DNA of 64,000 nt from a virus: positions 1 to 64,000 of IMG/VR virus record IMGVR_UViG_3300012347_000193; one strand, 5' to 3'. Made by a program: the position numbers and the translations under genes. The stretch's first letter is position 1; every line of letters begins with the position of its first letter. Below the pieces are notes generated by a model. That model was not told the origin of the DNA. It saw only the letters and a list, made by a program, of their open reading frames with translations, and searched no databases. Below, piece after piece: positions 45,247 to 58,100 of the stretch.

Positions 45247-45702
45247 ATGGCAACATACATCGGCTTCAACTCTCAGTACACGGATAAAATCAAGACTCCA
45301 CAACAACCTCGCGGGATAGTTCCTATCGTAGGTTCAATGAAAACTCCTAACCAAGTTGGTAAGAAGTTTAGATTGACTGACGAACAATTAGTAATACAAG
45401 ACTTCATTAATGCGTTAAACATTAACTTGGGCGAGAAAGCTGGAAACCCTGCGTACGGAACCACTATCTGGGGTTTTATTTTCGAACCAAGTGACTTGGA
45501 AACTAAAGATAGACTTACGGAAGAACTCCGCAGAGTTGCCTCAGACGACCCTAGACTTACTTTGACGGATATCAACATGTACACCATGGATCACGCTGTC
45601 TTAGTAGAGATGCAAGTAACAGTAAATCCATATGATAACGCTATGGTATTACAAATCAAGTTCGACCAGGGAACTAACCAAGCCTACGCAAATAACCAAT
45701 AA
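45247..45702 (+). CDS. gp25: Baseplate wedge protein, gp25-like
   Basis: GEK..NP.YGT.IW..IFEP...DPR; TAAATA 5 nt before ATG. Confidence 0.85.
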   Translation: MATYIGFNSQYTDKIKTPQQPRGIVPIVGSMKTPNQVGKKFRLTDEQLVIQDFINALNINLGEKAGNPAYGTTIWGFIFEPSDLETKDRLTEELRRVASDDPRLTLTDINMYTMDHAVLVEMQVTVNPYDNAMVLQIKFDQGTNQAYANNQ

Positions 45703-45749
45703 AACAGCACTTTTTTGTATGATAAATACATAAAAGAGAGCATTTTAAC

Positions 45750-48700
45750 ATGGCTAACAGTTCAAGACAAACATCAATCTTCGGTATAAACGATTGGAAA
45801 TCAATCTATAAGAATTATAGTCAAGCTGACTTCCAAAGCTATGACTATGAAACTATTAGAAAATCGATGGTTGACTACCTTCGTGCTAATTACCCCGAGA
45901 CATTCAATGACTACACCGAGAGTTCTGAATACGTTGCGTTGCTTGACGTTATGGCATTCATGGGTCAAGGTCTTGCTTTCCGCAACGACTTGAACACCCG
46001 TGAAAACTTTATCGATACCGCTGAACGTAGAGATTCTGTCGTCAAACTAGCAAATTTAGTAGGATATACCCCTAAGCGTAACAACGCAGGTCAGGGATTC
46101 TTAAAGCTAATCGCACTCTCTACCTCAGAGCAAATTCGAGATATTAATAACTACCCACTGAACAACGTAACAGTATTGTGGAATGACCCAGCTAACGTCA
46201 ATTGGCAAGAGCAATTCAACTCAATTTTGAATGCAGCAATGATTGATGGTCAACGTGTTGGTCGTCCAGGACATTCAGCAAATCTATTAGATATTAAGAC
46301 AGATGAGTACAGCATAAGATTACCGGATGGTAAGCAACCTACTTTACCATTCAACTCAACCATTGACGGAATGAATATGTCTTTTGAGGCAGTCAGTGTT
46401 TCAAGTCTTGGTTCTACTAGACTTTACGAAATTCCTCCAGGGGATAGTCAACGATTCAACATGTTGTATCGTAATGACAAATTGGGTTACGGAAGTTCTA
46501 ACACAGGATTCTTTGTTTACTTTAAGCAAGGCACCCTACAGCAGTACCCTTTCTCAATCGAAACACAGATATCAAATCAACAAGTTGATGTAGACATTCA
46601 GGGCATCAATGATGAAGATACATGGCTGTATGCAATTGATTCTATTACTGGTGAATACACCGAATGGAAAAAAGTAGAAAGCATTTATGCAAGCTCGTCT
46701 CCTGAACGAAACAAACAAGTATTCAGTGTTGCGTCAAGATACAATGACCAAGTAACTTATAGCTTTGGAGACGGTGTGTTTTCTGATATGCCTATCGGTA
46801 ACTTCGTATCTTACGTTCGTTCAAGTAATTCGTTGACGTATGTAATTGATCCTAGCGAAATGCAAGGAACTACTGTTTCATTAAGTTATGTTAGTAAGAA
46901 CGGAAGAACCGAGACTCTTACAATGACGTTTGAATTACCATTACCAGTAGCAACTGCACAAGCACGTGAGTCTTTGGTGAATATCAAACAACGTGCTCCT
47001 CAACGTTACTACTCTCAAAACCGTATGGTTAACGGAGAAGACTATAACAACTTCCCCTTCACTCTGTACAGTTCAATTATTAAGAGCAAAGCTATCAACC
47101 GCTCAAGTGTAGGTGTTAGCCGTAACTATGACTTACTTGATCCTAGCGCAAAGTATTCAAGCACTAACGATTTTGCAGACGACGGTGGTTTATACTTAGA
47201 CAGAAATGATGATTTTGTAGTGTTTACTGCCAACACTACAAATGACGTTGTTAAATTCTTAACAGAGTCATTAGCTACTCTATTGGGTGGTCATCGTGCA
47301 TATCAATTCTATACACAAGCATACACACGCTTTTTAGTAGATGCAGATTCAGGTGACGGTACAACATACTGGAATCAGTCTTCATTCAATTCATCAAACA
47401 GTACAGGTTACTTTTATAATACGAGTGGCTCACCTATGCCAGTAGGATTGGTAACTTCAACTAATATCAAGTATTTTACTGAAGGAGCTATGGTTAAGTT
47501 CATTGCACCAGCAGGAAAATACTTCACTAAGAATAACAAATTGATATCAGGACTTCCTGGACCTAGCGACATAACAAGTATCTGGACTAGTGTGGCAAAG
47601 ATTGACGGAGAAGGTAACAACAACGGTTTAGGCAATCTAGCTTCCGGAGATGGACCTATTGCTTTGACAAATTTTATACCCGACGGTGCAGTTTTATCCA
47701 CTGTAATCCCATCGTTCACAAACGTGTTTAGCTCAGAGCTAATTCAAGAAATTGTTAATAAGATTCTGTTATCACAAAACTTCTCGTTAGTATTCAATAA
47801 TACATTACTAGCAAATCAAGAAAGATGGAGCACATCTACTTACGATTCTACTGAATATTTTGTTAGATTCAGAAGTTTGGGATATGGTAAATACGTTGTA
47901 TCATCTAGAGCAGTTGCTTTCTATTTTGGTAGTGTGTCAGATGTACGTTTTACATTTGACAGAGACAAGGTTATCTTCGATCCATCATCTGGGCAAGTAA
48001 TGCAAGATAGCATTACATTGTTAAAAACAAACGCACAACCAGGAACTAGTAACTACCCACTATCAACTGATATAAAATTAAATGTGAAGGGTCAGTCAAT
48101 GGAAGCCGACGGTTATGTTGACGACTTCAGTGTTGAAGTTAGTTCTGCTGATTTAGCTAGTCCAGGGACATACAAAGATCCTGACTTCTTTACCCAAGTT
48201 ACTGGATACCAGTTCAATACTAAAAATCTAACGCACTTTACTTTCTTTAAGATTGTGACAGACTCAAACCAACTTACTCGTGTTGAAATGGTTCCGTTGG
48301 GTGATGTTGTACAAAATTACGGAACACAAGCAGATATCGCAATTATTAAGTATGAGTACCCTGTTGGTCAAGTGTTCTATGCTGTTTTAGAAGACAAGTT
48401 CTACCAATCAGTAAATGACACGACTTCGGCAAATATTGTCAATCTTGAGTTACTATCAAACTATACAGTTAAGATAGGTCGTCAAGGTTTGTTCTTTCAA
48501 TACAAACATATTTCAAGCGAAACAACTAGAATTGATCCAGCAACCACTAACATTATTGACTTGTATTTGCTATCATCTTCATACAATACACAATATCAAA
48601 ATTGGTTACGTGACACAACTGGTTCAGTTGAAGAGCCAAAGAAGCCTACGCTTGCAGAGCTATCACAATCTTATAGCAAGATTAACGACTATAAAATGTT

Positions 48701-49106
48701 GACAGATAGTTTGGTATTAAATAGTGTAAGATTCAAACCGTTGTTTGGATCTAAAGCAGAACCAACATTACGTGCCACAATCAAAGTGATTAAATCAAGT
48801 TCCACCAATGCAAGCGATAGCGAGATCCGCTCTGCTATCCTTACTGAAATGAACAACTATTTCAATATAGATAACTGGGACTTTGGCGATAAATTTTACT
48901 TCAGTGAATTGAGTGCTTACCTACACTCATCGCTTGGTGATTTAATTAGTTCTGCGGTCTTGGTTCCCAACGACCCATCACTAGCATTTGGTGACTTGTA
49001 TGAAATTTCAAGCGCACCCTATGAGATTTTTGTAAACGCCGCACAGGCATCGGATATCGTTGTAATCTCTGCACTTACCCCGTCAGAACTACAACCAGCA
49101 GGTTAA
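45750..49106 (+). CDS. gp6: Baseplate wedge protein, gp6-like
   Basis: D.E.IR..M..YL, FNDY.ESS...LLD..A, ENF.DTA.RR.SV..LA...GY.P, FGDG, ES...IK..AP..Y..QNRMV..EDY; late box at 45723-45728. Confidence 0.85.
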   Translation: MANSSRQTSIFGINDWKSIYKNYSQADFQSYDYETIRKSMVDYLRANYPETFNDYTESSEYVALLDVMAFMGQGLAFRNDLNTRENFIDTAERRDSVVKLANLVGYTPKRNNAGQGFLKLIALSTSEQIRDINNYPLNNVTVLWNDPANVNWQEQFNSILNAAMIDGQRVGRPGHSANLLDIKTDEYSIRLPDGKQPTLPFNSTIDGMNMSFEAVSVSSLGSTRLYEIPPGDSQRFNMLYRNDKLGYGSSNTGFFVYFKQGTLQQYPFSIETQISNQQVDVDIQGINDEDTWLYAIDSITGEYTEWKKVESIYASSSPERNKQVFSVASRYNDQVTYSFGDGVFSDMPIGNFVSYVRSSNSLTYVIDPSEMQGTTVSLSYVSKNGRTETLTMTFELPLPVATAQARESLVNIKQRAPQRYYSQNRMVNGEDYNNFPFTLYSSIIKSKAINRSSVGVSRNYDLLDPSAKYSSTNDFADDGGLYLDRNDDFVVFTANTTNDVVKFLTESLATLLGGHRAYQFYTQAYTRFLVDADSGDGTTYWNQSSFNSSNSTGYFYNTSGSPMPVGLVTSTNIKYFTEGAMVKFIAPAGKYFTKNNKLISGLPGPSDITSIWTSVAKIDGEGNNNGLGNLASGDGPIALTNFIPDGAVLSTVIPSFTNVFSSELIQEIVNKILLSQNFSLVFNNTLLANQERWSTSTYDSTEYFVRFRSLGYGKYVVSSRAVAFYFGSVSDVRFTFDRDKVIFDPSSGQVMQDSITLLKTNAQPGTSNYPLSTDIKLNVKGQSMEADGYVDDFSVEVSSADLASPGTYKDPDFFTQVTGYQFNTKNLTHFTFFKIVTDSNQLTRVEMVPLGDVVQNYGTQADIAIIKYEYPVGQVFYAVLEDKFYQSVNDTTSANIVNLELLSNYTVKIGRQGLFFQYKHISSETTRIDPATTNIIDLYLLSSSYNTQYQNWLRDTTGSVEEPKKPTLAELSQSYSKINDYKMLTDSLVLNSVRFKPLFGSKAEPTLRATIKVIKSSSTNASDSEIRSAILTEMNNYFNIDNWDFGDKFYFSELSAYLHSSLGDLISSAVLVPNDPSLAFGDLYEISSAPYEIFVNAAQASDIVVISALTPSELQPAG

Positions 49107-49122
49107 TATATAGGTATAACTA

Positions 49123-52100
49123 ATGACATCTAGAATTAGAACACTTGATTTCTTACCAGAAATCTTTAAAACAAAGCCAAACGAACAATTCCTTTCTGCA
49201 ACGTTAGATACGCTAACGCAGCAACCTAAAGTAGAAAAGTTGCAAGGGTTTATCGGTAATAAATTTGGCTATGGGGTAAACTCAAAGGATAGTTACATTA
49301 ACGAACCAACAAAGAGTCGTAATAACTATCAATTAGAACCAGCTGTAATTTTTAAAAAGAAAGACACAGACGTTCCGTTAGACTTATTGACTTACTCTGG
49401 ATTAAACGATGCGCTCCGCTTAGCCGGTAGTAACCTACCTGAACACTCTCTGTATTCGAATCAATTCTATTCATGGGACAGTTTCACTGACCTTGACAAA
49501 CTAGTAAACTACAGCCAATACTATTGGTTGCCTACAGGTCCTGACCCAGTTACTGTAACCAACTTGAAGTTATCTACTACTGTGAGCTACACTGTCACTT
49601 CTCTTCCACTCTCTTATTCATTGAGCGCAAAGTCACAACTAGTAGGAGACTACAATCCTAAGCTCACGTTAGTGCGCGGTGGTGTGTACTATTTCAATGT
49701 GGATCAAACTACTCCCTTCTATATTCAAACGTCACCTGATATTTCAGGGAAACTAACTTCGAACCCAAGCATTAGTACAAGAGACATTTTTGGATTAACT
49801 AACAATGGTGCTACTACTGGAACAATTAAGTTCGTAGTACCACAGCTTAATGAACAGTCTGATTGGGAACTGACTTTTGGTTTAAATGCAGACCTGACGA
49901 CTGCAATGAGTTTGTCTGATATTGAGGCGAAACCGGTAGGCTCCGTGAGCATCGACGGCGTAACTGATTTAGAAGGTAAGACAATTCTATTTAGGTCAAA
50001 CACTCCTGGCACTAGAGCTAATCTAGTGTCATTATATGATGAAAATGATATCGGATTCGATGGTACTGAGTTCGACCCTACTACCGAGACACAATTAAAC
50101 AATCAACTATATACGGTGACGTATGTAGGAGATAATACTAACGGATTCTTTATCAACCTAGTTGAAGCAGATTCTCTTCCAATCAACAAGTTAATCAAAA
50201 TTCAATTTGGTGATGAATTCAATGGAAGAAGTTTTGTTAAAAATGCATTCGGTGAAATTTTACTAGTGCCACCAGTGACAGCTAACACTGACACTTACTA
50301 CTATGTCGATGGAGTAAATCCCGATAAGTATGGTGAAATCGAAATCGTAGATAGCATCGATAGTAGTTTTGTAAACGTTGAGCAAATTCTAGGTAAGAAA
50401 ACGTACACTAGCGCCAACGGCATCACATTCACTAATGGACTGTGTGTTCAATTTGCCGGTAATACTTTCCCAGCAGAATACACTAGAGGTTCGTACATCG
50501 TTGAGGGTGTCGGTGACAGCATCAACTTAATTTTGCTCTCTGAACTTCTTGTACCTGAGATATTTTCATATCAAGTATCGTCACCGTTCGATGCTCAATA
50601 CTTTGACACTTACTCGTTTGGCGAGACCTTCTTGTACCCTAAGGACAAAGACTATATTACAATTTCACGTAATGCAAAAAATAAAAATGCATGGAGCAGA
50701 AGTAATCGTTGGTTCCACGTTGATGTTTTAAAGGCTACTCTTGAATATAATCCTGACGCAGTTATTGTGTCGGAAGCTCTAGGTAATCCTGAAAAGATGG
50801 CAAAGCGTCCAATCATTGAATTCTATCCAAACCTACGCTTGATGAATTCTGGAGTCTCGTCAAAGAATAATGTATCTTATATTAATTTTACTGAATCTCA
50901 GGCATTGTTCACGGCTGCAGGTACTTCTGACTTTGTTCCAGATGGTTCTACTAGTTACTTGTATGATGGCGCGACAATAATTTTTGCTGCCGATGCGGAT
51001 TTAGCAGTGCGTTCTACGGTATACAAGATTCAAGTATCAGAAACGGTAAATACTGAAGTAATCTCAATCATCTCGTTATCCGGTTCATTGACAAATGCTG
51101 ATGGTAGCAAAGATGTAACATATCAAGTCTCTCCACAGACTAAATCGCTTCCTGCAAATAAATTGCTCTCTGTGTATGGAAATGAGAATGCATCGTTTAA
51201 TGGCACATTCAGAATTGTTTCAACGACCGCAACCACTATTACGTTGCGATACCCTACTGGAACATCGGGTACTTGGGATGAAATTAGTCCAACATATTTA
51301 AAAACTAATTTAGAAACTACGTTGACTGAGGATTCTACAGTAAACTACCTAGACCAAGTAGCAATTATATCTGGTTCAACTTACGGTGGAAAAACTTTTT
51401 ACTTCGACGGATCAAATTGGGTCTTAGCACAGCAAAAAGACAGAATTAATCAACCACCGTTATTTGACTTGTTTGATAATAACAATCATAGCCTTTCTGA
51501 TACCAACTTTTATCCTGCTAGTGATTTTGAAGGTTGCACGTTGTTCGAATATGCAATTGGTTCAGGAGTCAATGATACTGAATTAAACTTCCCTATCAAA
51601 TATAACTCAGTGGAGAATATTGGTGACATTGTTTTTAACAACTCACTTAACACACAGAAATTTCATTATGTACTAGGTAACGACTCAATCGAATCATCAG
51701 TTAGTATTGGGTATGCACACATTAGTACTTTTGAAAATGAGTTTACCCGACATTTAGGTTGGCAAACTGCAATTGAAGAAAGTTTTCAATATCAAGTCTT
51801 CAATATGCAATATACTGGCATACCGTTTACACCTACATTCATTTGTGATGTTCCGGTAAAAACTACGACAGCGTGGACTCCTATTGTAGTCTATGTTGAC
51901 AATGCACGTATTGCTGACACTGAGTATACTGTTTCAGTTAGCGGTGACATGACTACTATTAAACTAGTCAACTATCCGGTTATTGGTACTATGGTTGATA
52001 TCATGTTGCTAAGTGATACCCCTAGTAAAATCGGGTACTACCAAACACCTATCAACTTAGACCATAATCCATATAACTCACAAATTGAGACTTTAAGTTT

Positions 52101-55100
52101 AGGTGACATTCGTGGTCACTATAAGAGCATGTTCAACAATGCACCAAGTGTAACTGGTACAGCGTTTGGTCCTAACAATTTCCGTGATTCAGGTAATCTT
52201 ATCCCTTATGGAACTCGCATTATTCAAAATAGTGCCCCACTAACATTGCCAGCTTCATTCTTGCGTAACAATGATTACAATTTCTTTGAAGCACTAACGT
52301 TCAATAGTATTGAGTATATCAAGTACAAAGCAACAATGATTAATGCATTGGACAATAATGATTTCTCATATATTACTAGTGATGCTGCGTTGTTAGATGA
52401 AGTTATATCTATCATCACTGAACCTAAGACAGAAACAAGTCCCTTCTTTTGGAGTGACATGCTTCCATCTAAAAACATCACACAGTCAAAGACGTACTCG
52501 TTCAAGACCGTGCTCGATACTTCAATCTTCCAATTGTTGAAAGTTTATGATTATAACAATGCAAACTACAATAGCGTATTAGTATACCTAACTAGAAAAA
52601 CTGGTTCAGTAGTTAGCACCAAACAATTGATTAACGGAATCGACTACATAATTTCTGCGGAAGTAGCAGAGTTAACAGTACTAACTGATTTGATCCCAGG
52701 TGATAAAATTGTCATCAACGAATATGCACAGACGTTTGGTAACTTCGTGCCTAACACACCGACTAAGTTGGGATTATACCCTTCGTTTGTTCCTGAACTA
52801 ATATTAGATAGTAGTTACTTAACACCTACATACTTCATCAAAGGACATGATGGTTCTTATTCTAAGTTGTACGGTAATGTTGTCAATGGATACATGACTG
52901 ACGCACGTGACAGATTAGTATTCGAATTTGAATCTCGTATCTATAACAACTTAAAAGTATTGAATAAGACTATCTCGTTGAAGCGAGAGGATATTGTTCC
53001 TGGTTATTTTAGAAGTAACCAAACACAAGTAAACTCATTCAATGAAGCATACGAAACTCAACTATTAAATTGGGTAGGATTAAATCGAATCGATTTGAAT
53101 TCACAGTTCTATGACGCTACCAATGAGTTTACTTGGAACTACCGTGGATCTAAATTTAAGTTAGACAAAACATCCCTGTCGCAAGGTAACTGGAGAGGAA
53201 TTTACTTGTGGTTGTATGATACTGCTACTCCTAATGCAACTCCTTGGGAAATGTTAGGTTTGTCAAACAAGCCTTCTTGGTGGGATACGCATTACGGTGC
53301 AGCTCCTTATACGTCTGATAACTTAATAATGTGGACTGATATCGCTAATGGCTACGTATGGAATAACGGTGAGCCCTACACATCTGAAAACTTAAAGAGA
53401 CCGGGCTTATTGGAAATTTTACCAGTAGACTCTGCTGGTAAATTGATTTCTCCGTTCACTAGTTGTGTGGCTACCTACGATGCAAACACATTCAACACAA
53501 TGTGGGAGCCGCTTGACATGGGACCAGCAGAATACTCATATATCAAGAGTAGTTCTTGGCCCTTTGACATGGTTCGTATGATGGTACTAACTAAGCCGGC
53601 TAAATTCTTTAACTTAAACGTTGACTTAGATTTCTATCAATACAGTAGTGAATTCAATCAATATCTAGTTGGTGAGAGAATGCGTACACCTCCTACTGGA
53701 ATTAAAATTTACGGTACTGATGAAACAACTTCAGCACATAGTTATATCAACTGGATAGTTGACTACTCTACACAGTTTGGTGTAGTTGGATCAGATGAAA
53801 TCAAATCTATTTTCTCAAACACAGATGTTAGATTAGTTTACAAGGCTGCAGGATTCACTAGTAAAGATATGATTAAATTCTTTACAGAGAATAGTTCTTC
53901 TTCGTCAACTAAAGCATCGTTGATTCCTGAAGACAGCTACAGCGTTTTGTTATATAACAATCAGCCAACAGACACTATCATCTACAGCTCAATCGTTGTG
54001 CAAAAAACTTTGGCTGGATATAAAGTATACGGAAACAAACAGTCAAAGGCATACTTTACAGTTAGAACTCCTATATCTGGGTTGTATGAACCAGTAACAG
54101 TTAACGGTAAAACAGTTCAAATTGCAAAATCATATTCTCAGCAACAGATGAATGTTCCTTACGGTTTCGAGTTCAACACCATTGAACGATTGTTAGAATT
54201 TGTTAAAGGTTACGGTTTGTATCTTGAAAGTCAAGGTATGATTTTTGATGACATTGAAAATTCGCTAGAATTATCTTGGGATCAAATGTTAGCTGAAGTA
54301 TTGTATTGGACTCAGTCTGGTTGGGAAGTAGGAAGCACAGTAAGTATTAACCCTGCAGCTAACATCCTTCGTATTGATACCGGCAACGCATTAGTTCAAC
54401 CATTGACTCTAAGTAAGCAAAACTTTGTATTGAATCAGAACTTACTTCCAATCGCACTTAATGACTTATCAATCCACAGAGTAGGAACTGAGCTAAGTAT
54501 CAAGGCTTTAAATTCAGGTGATGCACTTAGTTTCTTTGTAGGAAATGTAAGCTCTATCGAGCACGTGATTGTATTCGATAATACAACTATATTCGGAGAC
54601 TTGATTTTTGATATCGTAACCGGACTAAGACAGCAGAGATTGTTTGTCAAGGGAACTAAAACAGCAGAGTGGAACGGCACACTAGATGCTGCTGGATTTA
54701 TTATGTCTCTTGATTCTATTACTGACTGGATACCTAATCAGAAATATAGTAAAGGCACTGTTGTTAAATTCAAGAGCGAGTATTGGATGGCAAACGTGTC
54801 AATCGTACAACCTAAAAACACATTTGACTACTCTGAGTGGTTAAAGACTACATATGAAATGGTTCAGCAAAGAATGTTACCTAACCAAAGCACTCGCTCG
54901 GCAGAAGCTGCTTTGTACTACAACAAAAATACTGCTAACCTAGCAAATGATGCTGACTTGTTAAGTTTCTCATTGATTGGATACAGACCAAGAGATTATT
55001 TAGATAGTGCAGACTTGGATGACTCCTCACAGGTTAATTTGTTCAGTAACTTCATCGAAGGCAAGGGAACAAATCAGACAGTTAGTGGTTTGAACGGAAT

Positions 55101-58100
55101 CACATTGAAAGATGATTCAGTTAATTATACTGTCCATGAAAATTGGGCTATTAAAACATCTGAGTTCGGTGGCGTACTAAATCATAACTACCTACAATTC
55201 ACACTAGATGAAAGTAAACTAGTTGGAAATCCTTCCGTAGTCAGCATCATTGAAGCAGACGCAGTTGAAGGTGCGCAACAACAAGTATCGATGCACAATC
55301 TTACAAACTACGGTAGAACCTTAGCATCTAACAACATTTTACCTCAAGTTGATCCAGATTCAATTGACTACTTACCTAGCGCTGGATATGTAAACTTAGA
55401 TGATGTCATCGAAATCGGATATAGAATCAACGACTTTAGTGATGCGGCGATAACCGGTGTCTACAAGAATGATTATCTATGGGTAGCTAATAAAAACAGC
55501 ACTTGGGATGTTTACACACCGGTGTCATCTGGTGCACTAGTTACTAGTGTAGTTAACAACTTAAACGATACTGTTGCTGTTATTTTTGATAAACCACATG
55601 CATTACTAGAAGGTCAGTCATTGGGCATTCTAAACTTTGATTCCCGTATAGACGGATATCACACAGTAGATTCAGTTACTAGTTTGACCAGCATCGTAAT
55701 TTCAATCACCTTGTCGGCAGCAGTTACGAACATCAATGGTTCAGGATTAGTCTTCTTGCTACAAAGTCAACGTGTAAGCACACCTAGAGACATACCAAAT
55801 CTACCGCTACTTAACACAGAGTACGATTCAACTAAAGTATGGGTCGACCAAGGTAAAGACGGGGGTTGGAAAGTATTCGAAAAGACTAACAACTATGAAC
55901 TTACTGATATTGAAAAAGAATTTCCAAATTCTTCTACAGGTACTGCGGTTGCATACGTACACGGTGTAGGATACCTTACAGGAGATCCAGCGACTGGTGA
56001 ATTGTCAGTCTATGACACTATCAATGACGACGGAAGATATTACGAAAAAGCTAAGATTAGCAAACCAAATACAACCTTTGGTCAAGTTATCGAACATAAC
56101 ACTGACGTAATTCTTGTTGCTGCTCCTAGTGACACTACAAGTCAGATTTTTGTTTATCGTAACGCATCTAGTGAAGGCATCACTAGACCGGTGTTTGAAC
56201 AAGTATTATCAGTATCAGGCGGTAAAGCAGGTACTGCACTTGCGATTTCAGGTGACAGTAACTATATCTATGTTAATGCAATTGACACTGATGCTGAAGG
56301 CGAAGCTCTACTAATGTTCTCATTAGATGCAAACTTATTGAAAACTGGTACAGGCATGACAACTGTATCTGACATTGCATTGTACTCAAAGACTTTTGTA
56401 GTTTCAGGAGACCAACGTGCTGCTATACAAGATGGTCAACGCATCTCTTTCATTACATCGTACTCATTAATTTCTACTATATCTGATACATTTAACTATC
56501 TAGTTACTAACGCATTCGATGGTACTAATTCTTCATTCAAGTTATCAGGTGACAAGAGAAGTCTATTAGGCAACGGCGATGTTGTTTCGTTTGGTAACTC
56601 AGGTGTCGATAAAAACAGATTGTACAATATCACATTGACTGGATATGACCCAACGTCAAATAAAACTACATTCTATGTAGAACAGCAACCTATATTCTGG
56701 GAAGACCCTGTGTTTGTTCCTCCTGTCGCAGGAACAAATGTATACAAGGTGTCATTTGCTACTGACGCGGTTTACACTGTAGCTACCGGAGCATACAATA
56801 CTCAAACACAGCAGACAACATTCTATATAACATCTGAGTTTAATCAAAGTATTGCAAGCGGTGCACAGGTTTACGTCGCCTCAATGAACTACGAGTTAGT
56901 TCAATTGTTTAACCCTTCACAAAGCTGGGTGTTCGGTGATGAGTATGCGGCAAGTATTGCTACTAACTATGATGGTAGTAAGATATTCGTCGGAGCTCCG
57001 AAGCACGACCAAAGTGCATCACAACAGTCTACTGGATTGATGTATGCATACGACCGACTATTCCAGAATTTTGAAATTCAACGTGACCAAAAGCCAGGGG
57101 CAATTTATGTTGTTAGATTACCTTGGTACCCTGCGATTTCATCTAAGGTATACTTGAATGGAAAGCTATTAGCATCTAACAAGTACACTCTAATTTTGAA
57201 CGCAATCATATTTGGACCTATCGGTATTCTTGCCGGAGACATTATTAAAGTAAGTAGCGACAATTTAGTATTGACTGGTACGTTTGTCAATGGTAATCCT
57301 AGTGACTTACGTTCTGGACAAATGTTTGGCTACGCACTTGATTGTAACAGAGAAGGTAGTGAGATAATTGTAAGTGCTCCTTATGCAGTTACTTCGGATA
57401 ATAAAGAAGGAGCGGTCTACCGCTTCACTGACCAAGGTAAACGTTACGGTACTTGGGTTGGAGTTACGTCTGCTGCATTAGTAGAACCTACTCAAATCTT
57501 ATTGAACGGATACAGAGCTAATTTGTTTAACGTGTTTGCTTTAAAATCAACTGTCACGAATGATTCAGCAGTTGGCGCAACATCTCATTCAGTATTTGTA
57601 AACCCAGCAGAAGCAGCATTAATGCCACCGTCAGGTTTGATTGGATTCAGAAAGATAGTATCCGGTGACACATATAACATTGCGTATCGCAGTGTTGATG
57701 CTACTACCGGAGAAATTAAATTTGCATACGCTGATGCAAACGATACTTCTTCTGATTACTTCAACCCACAAGTTTACGACTCTGTGCAGGGTGCATGGGT
57801 ATCTACTACTGTAACTCTTACAACCGATGACACTCAGATATATGCTCCTCTAGGAAGTGCAAGAAACATCGCTGATGCAATCGTTAAAGCGAACATAACT
57901 AATGTTTTTGCTTACTCGACTGAAGACAATCGTTTGGTAATTCGTTTACGTGATATGTCATTAGCTCCTAACATGAACAAACTATCTGTAGGTGTGTTCA
58001 ATGGTAATTATTGGACTATGCTAGGCATGCTACCGTATCCAATTGCTCAGACTATCACACCACCGCATGACGTTGCTCAAACAATGTTTGGTGCAGCATT

